The notes under the pieces: model-generated
Databases searched by the model: none
What the model was told of the DNA's origin: nothing
Seen by the model: the letters and a program-made list of their open reading frames with translations, nothing else
Shown: in pieces, positions 1-10,410 of the stretch
Layout of the letters: each line of letters starts with the position of its first letter
Position numbering within the stretch: position 1 is the stretch's first letter
Translations under genes and position numbers: made by a program
NCBI GenBank assembly: GCA_002422905.1
Contig: DITU01000103.1
Coordinates: forward strand, 1,961-65,960
Reading direction: 5' to 3'
From: Verrucomicrobia bacterium UBA6176
GTDB taxonomy: Bacteria > Verrucomicrobiota > Verrucomicrobiia > Limisphaerales > UBA9464
Length of the DNA: 64,000 bases

Positions 1-817
1 TGAAGGCGATGAGCATCGCGATGACATTGAGGGCGAGCTTCATGCCATCGGATGCACCGTGGCACAGGGCATCGAGACCGTTGATGGTTTCGCGTTCGAT
101 GCGGGGATGGGCGCCGCCGGCGGTTTCGGAGATCTCGGTTTCGGGGACAAGAATCTTGGCGATGAGAAGGCCTGCCGGGGCGGAGAGGACGGAAGCGGTG
201 AGGAGATGTCCGGCCTCGATTCCGAAGGAGACGTAGGCGCCGAGGACGGTGCCGGCGATGGTGGCCATGCCGCCGGTCATGAGGGCCATGAGTTCGGAGC
301 GGGTCATGCGGGGGAGGTAAGGCTTGATGAGGAGAGGCGCCTCGGTCTGGCCCATGAAGACATTGGCGGCGGCGGCGAGGGTTTCGGAGCCGCTGGTGCG
401 GAGCACGCGGCGCATGAGCCAGGCCATGCCGCGGACGATCCACTGGAGGATTCCGTAGTGGTAGAGGAGGGAGGAGAAGGCCGAGATGAAGATGATGATG
501 CCGGTGATGGTGAGGGCGAGGATGAAGGCGTTGCCGGGACCGAGCTTGTCGGTGAGGAGGGGCTGATTGGCGAGGGGACCGAACACGAGGGCATTGCCTT
601 CACTGGCGAAGCTCGTGAAGCGGACGACGGCCTCCTGGAAGCCATCGAAGAGGGCGCGTCCGATGCGGGTCCGCAGGATGAGGAGGGCGAACGTGGCCTG
701 AAGGGCAAGGCCCCAGAGGACGATGCGCCAGGGGAAGAGGCGACGGTGCTCGGAGAGGGTCCACGCGATTGCCAGCATGATGAAGATGCCGGCCACACTG
801 GTCCACAGGTTGGTCAC
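1..817 (-). CDS. nupC: NupC/CNT-family concentrative nucleoside transporter; C-terminal part runs off the window
   Basis: Not in the ORF track because there is no stop in the window. Hand translation of the minus strand gives VTNLWTSVAGIFIMLAIAWTLSEHRR...NVFMGQTEAPLLIKPY...MTGGMATIAGTVLGAY...SAPAGLLIAKIL, typical CNT motifs. GTG at 817 is the most likely start (ATG at 778 is an alternative). The G/E/D-rich plus ORF 59..1024 is its antisense shadow. Confidence 0.8.
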   Translation of the reverse strand, partial: MTNLWTSVAGIFIMLAIAWTLSEHRRLFPWRIVLWGLALQATFALLILRTRIGRALFDGFQEAVVRFTSFASEGNALVFGPLANQPLLTDKLGPGNAFILALTITGIIIFISAFSSLLYHYGILQWIVRGMAWLMRRVLRTSGSETLAAAANVFMGQTEAPLLIKPYLPRMTRSELMALMTGGMATIAGTVLGAYVSFGIEAGHLLTASVLSAPAGLLIAKILVPETEISETAGGAHPRIERETINGLDALCHGASDGMKLALNVIAMLIAF

Positions 818-828
818 GGACAGCGACC

Positions 829-1581
829 CTACGGATGGGGCGGAGCGGGGGACAGCGGGGAATCGGTTGGCGAACCCGACAGGGGCGAAATGCGGGGCAG
901 GGACGGATTGGGACGGCGTTCGTGCAGCAATTCGAGGAAGTGGGGGAGGGCGTCGCGGATGGGGGAAGTGCTCAGGTACCGGGCAGCTTCAGCGAGACGA
1001 CCCCGGGCGCGAAGGCTGGCGTAGACGTGGAGTTCGAAATGGAGTTGGAGGCGCTGGGCGGGGGCGGGGAGATCGAGGACGGTAAACAGGCCGATCAAGG
1101 CTTCGACGGTGGAGAGATGGCCTTCGCCCTGTTGTTCACGGAGCCAATAACGGCTGGGGCCGGTGAGGGGCAAACCGACGGGGCGTCCCCACGATTCAAA
1201 TTCCCGGAGCATCTGCCCGGCTTCATTCCAACTGCCGTCGAGCAACAGCACCTGGATCCTGCTTGGATCAGGTTGCAGCGCGGGGTCGGACGGGAGCGGT
1301 TCGCCGCGCGGATGCAGGATCCAGAGTTCGCGGGCCGGGTCGACCACCTCGGTCGATTCGAGGGGACGGTTGCGGTCGAAGACGTGGGACCCGCTCCCGG
1401 CCAAGGCGCGGCCGATGAGTTTGCCGGTGCTGGTGGGTCGCCATTGCTCGCGTCGATGGAGGAGGACATCGATGCGGAGCGGGGTGACGACGGGATTCAA
1501 GGCGGCGCAGATGCACCAGCGCGGTGGGATCTGACAGCCGGGACATCGTTCGGTGCCGGCGAGGACGACGCTGCGCGCCAT
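829..1581 (-). CDS. DTW-domain protein (tRNA-uridine aminocarboxypropyltransferase family)
   Basis: N-terminal Cys cluster CPGCQIPPRWCICA and a DTW-type motif LLLDGSWNEA, in a 250-aa protein. ATG at 1581. Confidence 0.7.
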   Translation of the reverse strand: MARSVVLAGTERCPGCQIPPRWCICAALNPVVTPLRIDVLLHRREQWRPTSTGKLIGRALAGSGSHVFDRNRPLESTEVVDPARELWILHPRGEPLPSDPALQPDPSRIQVLLLDGSWNEAGQMLREFESWGRPVGLPLTGPSRYWLREQQGEGHLSTVEALIGLFTVLDLPAPAQRLQLHFELHVYASLRARGRLAEAARYLSTSPIRDALPHFLELLHERRPNPSLPRISPLSGSPTDSPLSPAPPHP

Positions 1582-1602
1582 GGCGGGGGCGTTGGACGGG
1601 CG

Positions 1603-2652
1603 TCAGCGGATGCCGAAGCGGTACTCGGTGGTGGAACGGAATTCCTCACCGGGCCGCAGGACGGTGGAGGGGAAATGGGGATGGTTGGGCGAATCGGGGA
1701 AGTGCTGGGTTTCGAGGCAGAATCCGCCGTGACGGAGGAAGCGGATGTTGTCGGCGCAGACGATGCCTTCGGGGGGTGCGAAGTTGAAGGTGTAGAGCTG
1801 GACGCCGGGTTCGGTGGTGCGGCATTCGAGGGTGCGCCGGCTTGTGGGATCGAAGACGAAGGCGGCGCGGACGAGGTCCGGGGAGGAGCGGTCGATGACG
1901 AAGTTGTGGTCGTAGCCGGGAACGGCGAGGCCGGCTTCCATGTTGCGGGCACCGATGGCGGCGGGTTGGGTGAAGTCGAGGGGGGTGCCGGTGACGGGCG
2001 CGAGTTCGCCGGTGGGGATCAGGCCGGGTCCGACGGGGGTGTAACGGGAAGCGTTGAGGGTGAGTTCGTGGGCGAGGATGTCGCCGTGGCCGGACAGGTT
2101 GAAGAAGCTGTGGTTGGTGACATTGAGGACGGTGGGGCGATCGGTGGTGGCGCGGTAATCGATGCGGAAGGTGTGATCGCTGGAGAAGGAGTAACGGACG
2201 GTGAGGTCGAGGGTGCCGGGATAGGATTGGTCACCGTGGGGCGAGCGGAGGAAGAATTCGGCCCAGGCGACGTGGGCATCGGCATGGGACAGGCCGGGGA
2301 TCCAGAGTTGTTTGTCGAAGCCCTTGAGCCCCCCGTGGAGATGGTTGGGACCGTTGTTGATGTCGAGTTGATGGGACTGGCCATCGAGGGTGAAGCGGCC
2401 GAGGGCGATGCGGTTGGCGTAACGGCCGGCGATGGCGCCGAAGAAGGGATGGCCCTGGAGGTATCGGGCGAGGTTGTCGAAGCCGAGGACGACATTGCCG
2501 GGGGTGCCGGAGGCGTCGGGAACCTCGAGGCGGGTGACGATGAGACCGTAGTTGGTGAAGCAGAGCCGGGCACCGGAAGGGGCGGTGAGGGTGAAAAGCC
2601 GGACATCGCGGCCATCGGGGAGTGAACCGAACGGGATATCTTCGAGGGTCAT
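1603..2652 (-). CDS. galM: Aldose 1-epimerase (galactose mutarotase)
   Basis: The C-terminal 350 aa of ORF 1603..3180 start at MTLEDIPFG (ATG 2652). Motifs NHLHGGLKGFDKQLW, NVTNHSFFNL and FCLETQHFPDSPN. The upstream part of the ORF is P/R-rich junk. Confidence 0.85.
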   Translation of the reverse strand: MTLEDIPFGSLPDGRDVRLFTLTAPSGARLCFTNYGLIVTRLEVPDASGTPGNVVLGFDNLARYLQGHPFFGAIAGRYANRIALGRFTLDGQSHQLDINNGPNHLHGGLKGFDKQLWIPGLSHADAHVAWAEFFLRSPHGDQSYPGTLDLTVRYSFSSDHTFRIDYRATTDRPTVLNVTNHSFFNLSGHGDILAHELTLNASRYTPVGPGLIPTGELAPVTGTPLDFTQPAAIGARNMEAGLAVPGYDHNFVIDRSSPDLVRAAFVFDPTSRRTLECRTTEPGVQLYTFNFAPPEGIVCADNIRFLRHGGFCLETQHFPDSPNHPHFPSTVLRPGEEFRSTTEYRFGIR

Positions 2653-3416
2653 GGGTTTGGGGAAGAGGTGGGTTGCGGGACGGGGACGCGCGGGTGTCGT
2701 TGGAGGGCGTTTTCGATCCAGAGTTTCCAGACCATCCAGAGGGCTTCGCGGACGATGCCCCCGGACATCTTGGAGGAGCCGAGGAAACGGTCGGTGAAGA
2801 TGATGGGGACTTCGGCGATGCGCCCGCCGCGCCGCCAGACGCGGTGGGTGAGTTCGATCTGGAAGCTGTAGCCGTTGGAGCGGACGGAGGGGAGATCGAT
2901 GGCGGCGAGGGCGCGGCGCCGGAAGCATTTGAAGCCGCCGGTGGGATCGGAGACGGGCATGCCGGTGATGAGGCGGACGTATTGGGCGGCGGCGAGGCTG
3001 AGGAGGAGGCGGTTGAGGGGCCAGTTGATGACGCGGATGCCGTTGAGGTAACGGGTGCCCACGACGAGATCGGTGTCTTCCTGGAGGGCGGCTTCGAGGA
3101 AGCGGGGGATGTCGGCGGGGTTGTGGGAGAAATCGGCATCCATCTCGAAGATGAATTCGTATTGGCGGGCCAGGGCCCATTCAAATCCGGCGATGTAGGC
3201 GCGGCCGAGTCCGTTCTTTTCCTGACGATGCAGGACGTGGACGTGGGGGTTTGAGGCGGCGAGTTCATCGGCGACCTGGCCGGTGCCATCGGGTGAATTG
3301 TCATCGACGACGAGGATGTCGAGGGTGACGGGCTGGGCCATGAGTCGTTTGACGAGTTGGGGAAGGTTTTCCCGCTCGTTGAAGGTGGGGACGATGATGA
3401 GGGTATCGGCGGCCAT
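2649..3416 (-). CDS. GT2 polyprenol/dolichol-phosphate mannosyltransferase-like glycosyltransferase
   Basis: Starts MAADTLIIVPTFNERENLPQL, with VVDDNSPDGT and EMDADFSHNP motifs. Its stop overlaps the galM start (ATGA at 2649-2652). Confidence 0.85.
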   Translation of the reverse strand: MAADTLIIVPTFNERENLPQLVKRLMAQPVTLDILVVDDNSPDGTGQVADELAASNPHVHVLHRQEKNGLGRAYIAGFEWALARQYEFIFEMDADFSHNPADIPRFLEAALQEDTDLVVGTRYLNGIRVINWPLNRLLLSLAAAQYVRLITGMPVSDPTGGFKCFRRRALAAIDLPSVRSNGYSFQIELTHRVWRRGGRIAEVPIIFTDRFLGSSKMSGGIVREALWMVWKLWIENALQRHPRVPVPQPTSSPNP

Positions 3417-3511
3417 GCCGGTGTGGGTGGGGAGGATGGGATCCGGAACAGGGGGGGCTGAGGTTCGGGAGCGAAAATGCGAAGTGGGATCCGGGAGGGA
3501 CTGGGATGGAT

Positions 3512-3585
3512 TGGCTGGCCGACATGGATTCGAACCATGACTAAGGGCTCCAAAGACCCCTGTGCTACCTTTACACCATCGGCCA
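3512..3585 (-). tRNA. tRNA-Gln (anticodon UUG), CCA encoded
   Basis: Hand-folded 74-nt cloverleaf. Acceptor TGGCCGA/TCGGCCA, D stem GTGT/GCAC, anticodon stem GGGGT/GCCCT with loop CTTTGGA, T arm CATGG-TTCGAAT-CCATG. It has the U1:A72 pair and G73 typical of bacterial tRNA-Gln. Confidence 0.9.
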
Positions 3586-3711
3586 GCAGCGCCGGGGAAA
3601 TTAGGGTGGGGGGCGGCAGCGGCAATCCCTAAATTCGGTTTTGGGCAATTCGTTGGCCTCGCCGGGATTGCAGTGGGGGAGGCGGTCTGGCAACAACTGC
3701 GCTCTGAAACG

Positions 3712-5130
3712 ATGAAAAACCTCGTGGTGATGGCGGTTGCGGTGCTTTTGGGGGCTGGGTGCGATTCCGGGACGGCGACGTCCACGACGCCGGCGGTGTT
3801 GGCGCGCTGGCGTTCCGCCGGTGCGGCGATTGCCATGGCGCAGACCAACGCGCCGGTCTTGAAGCAGGCGTTGACCCTGCCGGAATCGGCCGGGTTGGGA
3901 GACCGTTTCGCGACGAATCTGGCGCGGATGATCTCGCAGCGGTCGGGTGGTGGGTTGAGCGAAGGAGCGCTGTTCCCGGTGGTACGGGCTGCCGTTGAGC
4001 ATGAATCGGCCGGGGAAATCACCACGGACGGTTGGATGGTGGCGATCCGTGCGATGGGTCTGGACACGGCGCCCTGGACGGCGGCGGTGAGTGGATGGGG
4101 GAAGGCGGGGGGGACGGCGCCGGTGACGGTGGTGACCAACGGATGGTGGATGGCGGCGTCGCGGGCGGCAGGGTTGGCGCGTGCTGCATCGATGCCGGCG
4201 GCGACGCCGGGTGGATTGTTCACGGGCGAACTGGATCTGGCGGGATTGCCGGGGGGAGATCCGCGATGGCCGCGGGTGTCGATGACGTTGGGGATGAGCA
4301 ACGCCCTGGTGCGGACGGATGCCATCCTGGATTTTGCGACGGCGCCATTGGGTGAGTTGGAGGCGTGGAAGATTCCGGACGGACTCATCCATGATCCGGT
4401 GATCCGTTTCAGTGCGGCGCGGGGGATCGGTCCGGTGGTGGAACAGATGCCGTGGCTGAAGATGTTGTGCGGTGGCAAGGCACCGGGCCAAGTGACGGCG
4501 TGGGCGCAGCCGGAGGTGACCTTCAGGAACTGGTTTGCGGTGCCGGTGGATGACGGGAAGGCGCGGATCACGGAGATCCACAGATCCCTGCAATCGTATT
4601 TCGGCACGAGCAACGCGCCGGGGCAGTACATCGGGCGGTTGATCCTGAATTCAAACCGCACGGCGATGGCGGTGTTCGATCTGAAGGCGTGTACGCCGAC
4701 GATGTCGACGGTGGAGAAGGGCGGGCAGAGCTTTCTGGTGAATGGTTTCTTCGCGCCGATGCGGACGACGAACCCAATCCCGGCGGAGTTGCGGGCGCGG
4801 GTGGAGCGGCCGGAGATCGCGTGGTACGAATGGGAGATCACGGGAGAGAGTGCTCGAAACTGGAATGTGTTGGCGCAGTTCAACCGGTTGGCGCAGCGGG
4901 AGGCACCGAACCCGACCCATGCCGACGGATTGAAATGGATGATGGCGACGACGCCGAAGCTGGGGAATGCGGTGACGGAACTGAGCCGGATCACCCCGAC
5001 GCGTTACGAGTTGCATCGGAAGTCGGACATCGGGTTGAACGGACTGGAGTTGGTGATGTTGTCCCGCTGGTTGGATGGCGAGGCGAAGGTCGCGCTGCCG
5101 GTCCCTGGATTGCCGTCGAAGAACCCCTGA
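3712..5130 (+). CDS. Hypothetical lipoprotein
   Basis: ATG at 3712 gives [20 protein letters not shown], a lipobox. The 472-aa protein has non-biased composition and no domain I recognise. Confidence 0.6.
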   Translation: MKNLVVMAVAVLLGAGCDSGTATSTTPAVLARWRSAGAAIAMAQTNAPVLKQALTLPESAGLGDRFATNLARMISQRSGGGLSEGALFPVVRAAVEHESAGEITTDGWMVAIRAMGLDTAPWTAAVSGWGKAGGTAPVTVVTNGWWMAASRAAGLARAASMPAATPGGLFTGELDLAGLPGGDPRWPRVSMTLGMSNALVRTDAILDFATAPLGELEAWKIPDGLIHDPVIRFSAARGIGPVVEQMPWLKMLCGGKAPGQVTAWAQPEVTFRNWFAVPVDDGKARITEIHRSLQSYFGTSNAPGQYIGRLILNSNRTAMAVFDLKACTPTMSTVEKGGQSFLVNGFFAPMRTTNPIPAELRARVERPEIAWYEWEITGESARNWNVLAQFNRLAQREAPNPTHADGLKWMMATTPKLGNAVTELSRITPTRYELHRKSDIGLNGLELVMLSRWLDGEAKVALPVPGLPSKNP

Positions 5131-5134
5131 CCAC

Positions 5135-5875
5135 ATGCTGCTTCTTGGAGTCAACATCGACCATGTGGCCACCCTGCGGGAGGCGCGATACCGTGGCATG
5201 CCCGAGGGCGAACCCGACCCGGTGGAGGCGGCATTGCTGGCCGAGGCGGCGGGGGCGCACGGCATCACGGCGCATCTGCGGGAGGATCGCCGGCATCTGC
5301 AGGATCGCGACGTCTACCGGTTGCGCGAGGCGATCGGCACCCGGTTGAACTTCGAGATGGCGGTGGTGCCTGAGATCATCGCGATCGCGTTGCAGGTCCG
5401 GCCGGACATCGTGTGTCTGGTGCCGGAGAAACGCACGGAGGTGACGACGGAAGGCGGACTGGATGTGGTGGGAGGCGCCGTGGGGATCCGTGAGACGACG
5501 TCACGGATGCGGGATGCGGGGATTGAGGTGAGCCTGTTCATCGATCCGGATCCGGCGCAGATCGAGGCGGCGGCCCGGACGGGGGCTGGGTTCATCGAAT
5601 TGCATACCGGGGCGTATGCGGCGGCATTTGATTCGAAGCGGGAACGGAATGTGGAACTGGAGCGGTTGGTGGCGGCGGCGAAGCAGGCGCACGGACTGGG
5701 GTTGAAGGTGAATGCGGGGCATGGATTGAACCTGAAGAACCTGCCGCTGTTGCACGTGGTCCCACACCTGGTGGAACTGAACATCGGGCATCACCTGATG
5801 AGCCGTGCGATCGCGGTGGGATTGCCGACGGCGATCCGGGAGATGCTGGGGGCGATGGCGGGGTACCCGGGTTGA
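5135..5875 (+). CDS. pdxJ: Pyridoxine 5-phosphate synthase
   Basis: [18 protein letters not shown]..., [10 protein letters not shown] and VELNIGHHL motifs. Length about 246 aa. Confidence 0.9.
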   Translation: MLLLGVNIDHVATLREARYRGMPEGEPDPVEAALLAEAAGAHGITAHLREDRRHLQDRDVYRLREAIGTRLNFEMAVVPEIIAIALQVRPDIVCLVPEKRTEVTTEGGLDVVGGAVGIRETTSRMRDAGIEVSLFIDPDPAQIEAAARTGAGFIELHTGAYAAAFDSKRERNVELERLVAAAKQAHGLGLKVNAGHGLNLKNLPLLHVVPHLVELNIGHHLMSRAIAVGLPTAIREMLGAMAGYPG

Positions 5876-5964
5876 GGCGGGTGGAAATCAGCCGGTGTGG
5901 AATGACGCCGACGGACATCGGGGGTTTGAGTTCAGGATATCGGGCCTTGGATGGGCCGAAATTG

Positions 5965-6002
5965 CATCAACTTCGTGTTGCAGGTGCAACACGAAGTTGA
6001 TG
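5965..6002. terminator. Perfect 38-nt palindrome between convergent genes (candidate bidirectional terminator)
   Basis: catcaacttcgtgttgca-gg-tgcaacacgaagttgatg has 18-nt perfect arms. It lies between the pdxJ stop (5875) and the stop of the minus-strand gene at 6098. There is no T-run. Confidence 0.45.
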
Positions 6003-6097
6003 TGAAGGGGATCGCGAACCGCTGACCAAGAGTTCGAGTCTGGGCGCAGGCGCGGTGCGTGGATGGGGGGGTGTTCCCGGGGACGTGGAGGCCGTGA

Positions 6098-8989
6098 CTA
6101 CTTGGACTGGCCTCGGGCGGTGAGGCTGCGGGGGATGTATCCGATGGAGGTCTGGATGGCGTGGGTGCAGGAGCAACCGGCGCTGGTCTCGGGGGCGAGG
6201 AGGAATCCGCCGGCGGGAATCAGGCTGAGCCAGCAGCCGGAACGGATGCCGAGGAACTGCTGGCGTTTGTCGGATTCGAGATCCCACATGCCGTGGAAAT
6301 GGTGCCGGAAGAAGATGGCGCCCTTGGCGGCGGACATGACGCCGCATCCGCGACGTTCGGGTAGGTCCTTACTGAGGAGTTCACCGGTGACCATGTTGAA
6401 GGAGCGTTGGTCGGAATAGAAGGTGTCGCCGATGACGACGGGATGCTGGAGGTGACCGCTGTGGTGGCCCTTGTCTTCCTTGTGGGTTTCGGACCAGAGG
6501 AGACGCCCGCCGATGGCGCTGGCGATGTCGTCGCCGCCTGATTTCGGAGCCTTGGAGGAGGGGGCGTTGAAGGCAAACGTGTGGAAATGTTTGCGGCGGT
6601 CGGTACCGGTGACGACGACGGAATTGTTGCCGTAGACGAGGTAGCTCATGAATTCGAGCGAGCTGAAGTCGTGATCCTTCTCCCAGAGTTTACGACCGGT
6701 CTTGCGGTCGAGCGCGACCAGGAACTGTTCGGTCAGGACGGCGGGATCGAGTCGGGCATTGGGGGCATTGATGGCGGCAGGATTCCGGCTTTCGAGGAAG
6801 AACACCATGTCATCGCCCTGGGTGATGGTGGAGTTGAGGATGGCGCCGCCGCGGTATTCCCAGAGGACCTTTCCGGTGGCTGGATCCTGGGCGAAGAGGA
6901 GGTCGCTGGTGACCCGGCTGACCTGGTCCGAGGCGTATTCCTCGTACCATTCGCCGTCATCGCCGAGATAGGCTGAATCCCGTTTCACACGGCTGCCTAC
7001 GATGAAATCGGATCCGGCGGCGATGTAGCCCCAATCGCGTTCCAGTTGGTTGTCCGAGGTGGGGACGGCGAGTCGGATGCGGCGTTCACCGGTCTGGCCG
7101 TCGATGCCGAGACAGAAGCGACCATGGACGATGAAGAGGAGGTCGCCGGCGGCGGACATGTTGGAGCAGTCGCGGGTGACATTGGCGCGCCGGATTTCGG
7201 GGACGGAGTAATTCCAGAGGATGGCGCCGTTGTAGGAGTCGAGACCGAACAGCACGCGGTCGCCCTGGACGAAGAGGCGGCCATTGACGCTCAGGGGAGC
7301 GGGATTGCGGTTGCCGCGATCGGGCATGGGGCGTGGGCCGGGATCACCCCACCAGGCGACGTCGAGTTCGCCCTTCACGAGTTCGTCCTGGCTGCACGCC
7401 GAGTTGTCGGCGCCGCCGTATTGATGGGACCAGTCGCCGGATCCGGCGAGGCGTGGGCGGAGGAAGGCGAGACGGGTTGCGCCGGGCTTGCCGGTGGTCA
7501 GCGCGGCAAGGGGGGAATCCCCGAGCCAACGGGTCCAGGCGGCGGAATCGGGTTGGGCGGCATCGACCAGAAACGCCCCGCCGGAAGGCCGGATCAACCG
7601 ATGCACCTCGGCGGCGCTGATGAACGGCGGGCGGCCGTCCTCGACCAGGACCAGGTTGATGGAGAGATCGCCGTAGGGGAGCTCGGGAGAGGCGGCGTGA
7701 TGCACGGCGGCGCGGATGCCCTGGATCCCGGCGGCATCGAGATCGCGTCGGAGGGCGGGGATGCGGGAGGCATCGGGTTCGACGAGGATGAGATCGAATT
7801 CGCTGTGCCGGACGATTTCGATGGCGAGTGCGGCGGAGGGAGAGCCGAGGAGGAGGGCGTAGCCCTTGGAGACACCGGCGGCGGCGAGGATTTCGCGGGC
7901 GCGAGCGGCGGGACCGGTGGGAGCGGCGGGGCTGGGAGCGGGAGCGGGAGCGGGCCGGTAATAGAACGAGGTGTCGAACTGATAACGACGGGAGACGACC
8001 TTGCGGGGTCCTTCGGGCGGGGCGACGAGGCGGTAATGGTATTCGAGGTCGGGTTCGAGTTCGGTGAGCGTGATGGAATGGCGGGTCCTGGATTGGCCAT
8101 CGCCGAGGCGTTGGGTGCCGATGCCGGGACGTTCGAGCTCCAGGAGGGTGGGTTGGGGGACGGCGGATTCCCAGGTGACGACGGCCGAGTTGCGATCCTG
8201 CCAGTCGACGAAGGGACCGTATTCGGGTTTGAAGAAGCGGGGTTCGGGAGCGGGTTCGGGGAAGAGGTCCTTGCGGGCCTGGTACCGGGCGAGGAGTTCG
8301 GCGGGGGCGAGGGCGCGACGGAGCAGACGGACTTCGTGGATGGCGCCGGAGAGGCGGTAATGTTCATCTTCATCCTGGTAGGCGCCGATGACGAACGGGG
8401 CGGAGGGAGGGTAGAGGATGGGCCCGGACTGTTCGCGACTGGACCCGGCGAGGGTGCCATTGACGAAGACGCGCATCTCGGAGCCGTCATAGGTACCGGC
8501 GACGTGATACCAACGATTGGTTTCGAAGGTGGAGGTGGCGGCGAGGTAGGTGAGTCGTTGGGTGCCTTCGGAAGCGATGGCGAGGGAGAAGTGGTTGTCG
8601 ACGAAGCCGAGGAGCCAGCCGCGTTCGAAATCCCCATTGTCCTGGAGGGCGCCGATGATGCCGCCCCATTTCGAGGTGCGGTCGACGCGTACCCAGGCTT
8701 CCGCGGTCATTTCGCGGTTGGGTTGCTGGGATTTGTCGAGGGTGGACGAGATGACGATGCGTTCGTCGCGTCCGGGGAGTTCGATGCGGGCCGGGGGCGG
8801 ATCGCGGAGGACGCTGGGGGCGGCGAAGAAGGACACACCGGGACCGGAGACGGCGCGCATGCCGGAGTTCTGGGTCCGTTCCGGGGTAAATTCCCAGTGA
8901 CCGATCAGACCGGTTTCCTGGGCGTGAAGGGACAGGCCGAGGGCGAGTGCGAGGGTTGAGAATGACGAAGGGGAGGGGAGGAGGTTCAT
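6098..8989 (-). CDS. Secreted multidomain protein: LamG (concanavalin-like), FN3-like, degenerate methyltransferase-like region and PQQ-like beta-propeller
   Basis: Starts MNLLPSPSSFSTLALALGLSLHA (signal peptide, ATG 8989). LamG_3-like stretch AEAWVRVD...WYHVAGTYDGSEMRVFVNG...IHEVRLLRRAL. FN3-like stretch VVTWESAVP...YHYRLVA. Rossmann-like stretch GYALLLGSPSAALAIEIV...LILVEPD. Propeller-like repeats such as G.ILWNY and GKVLWEY. Confidence 0.75.
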   Translation of the reverse strand: MNLLPSPSSFSTLALALGLSLHAQETGLIGHWEFTPERTQNSGMRAVSGPGVSFFAAPSVLRDPPPARIELPGRDERIVISSTLDKSQQPNREMTAEAWVRVDRTSKWGGIIGALQDNGDFERGWLLGFVDNHFSLAIASEGTQRLTYLAATSTFETNRWYHVAGTYDGSEMRVFVNGTLAGSSREQSGPILYPPSAPFVIGAYQDEDEHYRLSGAIHEVRLLRRALAPAELLARYQARKDLFPEPAPEPRFFKPEYGPFVDWQDRNSAVVTWESAVPQPTLLELERPGIGTQRLGDGQSRTRHSITLTELEPDLEYHYRLVAPPEGPRKVVSRRYQFDTSFYYRPAPAPAPSPAAPTGPAARAREILAAAGVSKGYALLLGSPSAALAIEIVRHSEFDLILVEPDASRIPALRRDLDAAGIQGIRAAVHHAASPELPYGDLSINLVLVEDGRPPFISAAEVHRLIRPSGGAFLVDAAQPDSAAWTRWLGDSPLAALTTGKPGATRLAFLRPRLAGSGDWSHQYGGADNSACSQDELVKGELDVAWWGDPGPRPMPDRGNRNPAPLSVNGRLFVQGDRVLFGLDSYNGAILWNYSVPEIRRANVTRDCSNMSAAGDLLFIVHGRFCLGIDGQTGERRIRLAVPTSDNQLERDWGYIAAGSDFIVGSRVKRDSAYLGDDGEWYEEYASDQVSRVTSDLLFAQDPATGKVLWEYRGGAILNSTITQGDDMVFFLESRNPAAINAPNARLDPAVLTEQFLVALDRKTGRKLWEKDHDFSSLEFMSYLVYGNNSVVVTGTDRRKHFHTFAFNAPSSKAPKSGGDDIASAIGGRLLWSETHKEDKGHHSGHLQHPVVIGDTFYSDQRSFNMVTGELLSKDLPERRGCGVMSAAKGAIFFRHHFHGMWDLESDKRQQFLGIRSGCWLSLIPAGGFLLAPETSAGCSCTHAIQTSIGYIPRSLTARGQSK

Positions 8990-10410
8990 CGGGAGATCTC
9001 CGTGGAGGCGGTGGTGGGGGTTGAAAGGGAGGCCTGGGTGGTGCCGGTGCGGAGGCAGTGGATGGTGCCCTGGTCGGTACTGATGAAGAGGGCGCCGTCG
9101 GAGGCGGCGATGCCGTAGGCGCGACCGCGTACGGGATGACGCCAGGCGAGGGAACCATCGGTGGCATTGAGGGCGGCGACTTCGTCGGTGCCGCCGGCGA
9201 CGAGGGTAGTGCCGGCGAGGACGAGGCAATGTTGCCAGGAGGAGGGGGAACGCCAGAGCTGGCATTGGTCCATGCCCTGGGTGGCGGCATCGAGGCGTTT
9301 GCCGAGGTCGGCGAGCTGGGACTTGAGGGAGTCGCGTTCGGATTCCGTGGCGGCCTTGTTGCCGAGGGCCTTGAGTTTCTTGTTGAGGGCGGCCTGTTCG
9401 GTGCCGAGCTGTTTGCGTTCGCGGGCGAGGGCGAGGTAACGGGCGCGGTCGAGGGCGGTGAGTTCGGTGTCGGAATGGAGGAAGGACCGTTCCGGGGTGA
9501 CGATCATGTGGTTGCCCTGGAAGCTGGCGAGTTGGTCGGAACGGCCTTCCTCGACGGCACCGAGTTGACCGGTCTTGCCGGGGCCGAAGACGAGCATGTC
9601 ATCGGTGAGCAGGGCGTAGGTGCCACCGGCGCCCTCGACGACGCGGATGCGTTTGCCGGACTCGATGTCACACACGGCGGGGTTGTCGCGTCCGGCGGGG
9701 ATATAGAGGCGGGAACGGGAGGCGAGGAGATAGCCCTGGGCGGGGAGATCGTTCTGGATCTGGCGCCATTTCTCGGAGCCGTCGCGGGCATCGAGGGCGA
9801 CCAGGTGGACGCCCTCGACGGGGAACATGCCGGCGGTGGTGTAGAGGAGACCGTCCTGGACAACGATGGAAGTGCGGACGGGCCAGGCGGAGATCATGCG
9901 GCCATTGCCGGGGATGCGGCGATCCCTGGGGGTGGCGCGGACCTTCCAGGCCAGCTTGCCGGAATCGGCCTCCACGCAATACACGCAGCCATCGTCGGAA
10001 CCGAAGTAGGCGCGTCCGTTCTGGACGGTGGGGGCGAGACGGACGGGGCCTTCGGTGTGGAAGGTCCAGAGGAGCTTGCCGGAACGGGCGTCAAGACAGC
10101 GCACCTGGTCGTCGGCGGAGGAACCAAAGAACACCTTGCCGCCGGCGACGGCGACGTGGAAGGCGCGGTCGAAGGTCTGGCGCGGCTTCATGTTGAAGAC
10201 CTTGTTCCAGCCGTCCCATTTGGCTTCGCCCTGCCAGGCGGGCTGGGGCGGGTGGATGGATTGCCAGGACCAGGCCTCGGCGAGGCGGGGCGGGAGGGGA
10301 TCGGTCGAGACGCCGCTGCGGGAATAATCGCCGCGATAGGTGGGCCAATCGGTGGCCTGAATCGAGGCGAGGGTGCCGAGGAGGCAGAGGAGGGAGGAGA
10401 ACGGTTTCAC
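8986..10410 (-). CDS. Secreted PQQ-like (BamB-like) beta-propeller repeat protein with a coiled-coil insert
   Basis: MKPFSSLLCLLGTLASIQATDWPTYRGD is a signal peptide followed by a typical PQQ-repeat opening. Repeats GKLLWTF, GKLAWKV, GSEKWRQ and GSLAWRH. A coiled-coil segment reads ALNKKLKALGNKAATESERDSLKSQLADLGKRL. GTG start at 10410 overlaps the upstream stop (GTGA). Confidence 0.75.
   Translation of the reverse strand: MKPFSSLLCLLGTLASIQATDWPTYRGDYSRSGVSTDPLPPRLAEAWSWQSIHPPQPAWQGEAKWDGWNKVFNMKPRQTFDRAFHVAVAGGKVFFGSSADDQVRCLDARSGKLLWTFHTEGPVRLAPTVQNGRAYFGSDDGCVYCVEADSGKLAWKVRATPRDRRIPGNGRMISAWPVRTSIVVQDGLLYTTAGMFPVEGVHLVALDARDGSEKWRQIQNDLPAQGYLLASRSRLYIPAGRDNPAVCDIESGKRIRVVEGAGGTYALLTDDMLVFGPGKTGQLGAVEEGRSDQLASFQGNHMIVTPERSFLHSDTELTALDRARYLALARERKQLGTEQAALNKKLKALGNKAATESERDSLKSQLADLGKRLDAATQGMDQCQLWRSPSSWQHCLVLAGTTLVAGGTDEVAALNATDGSLAWRHPVRGRAYGIAASDGALFISTDQGTIHCLRTGTTQASLSTPTTASTEISR

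Noticed and set aside
59-1024. Long plus-strand ORF (321 aa), together with similar ORFs such as 835..2625, 7046..8959, 9058..10506, 29850..31574, 52356..54764 and 23608..25500
   Set aside because: Their composition is extremely G/E/D/A-rich and repetitive. Each lies exactly antisense to a gene with clear family motifs. These are typical shadow ORFs of high-GC DNA.
6020-6050. T-loop-like sequence (agttcgagtct) suggesting a second tRNA
   Set aside because: No complementary T-stem, acceptor stem or anticodon arm could be folded around it.
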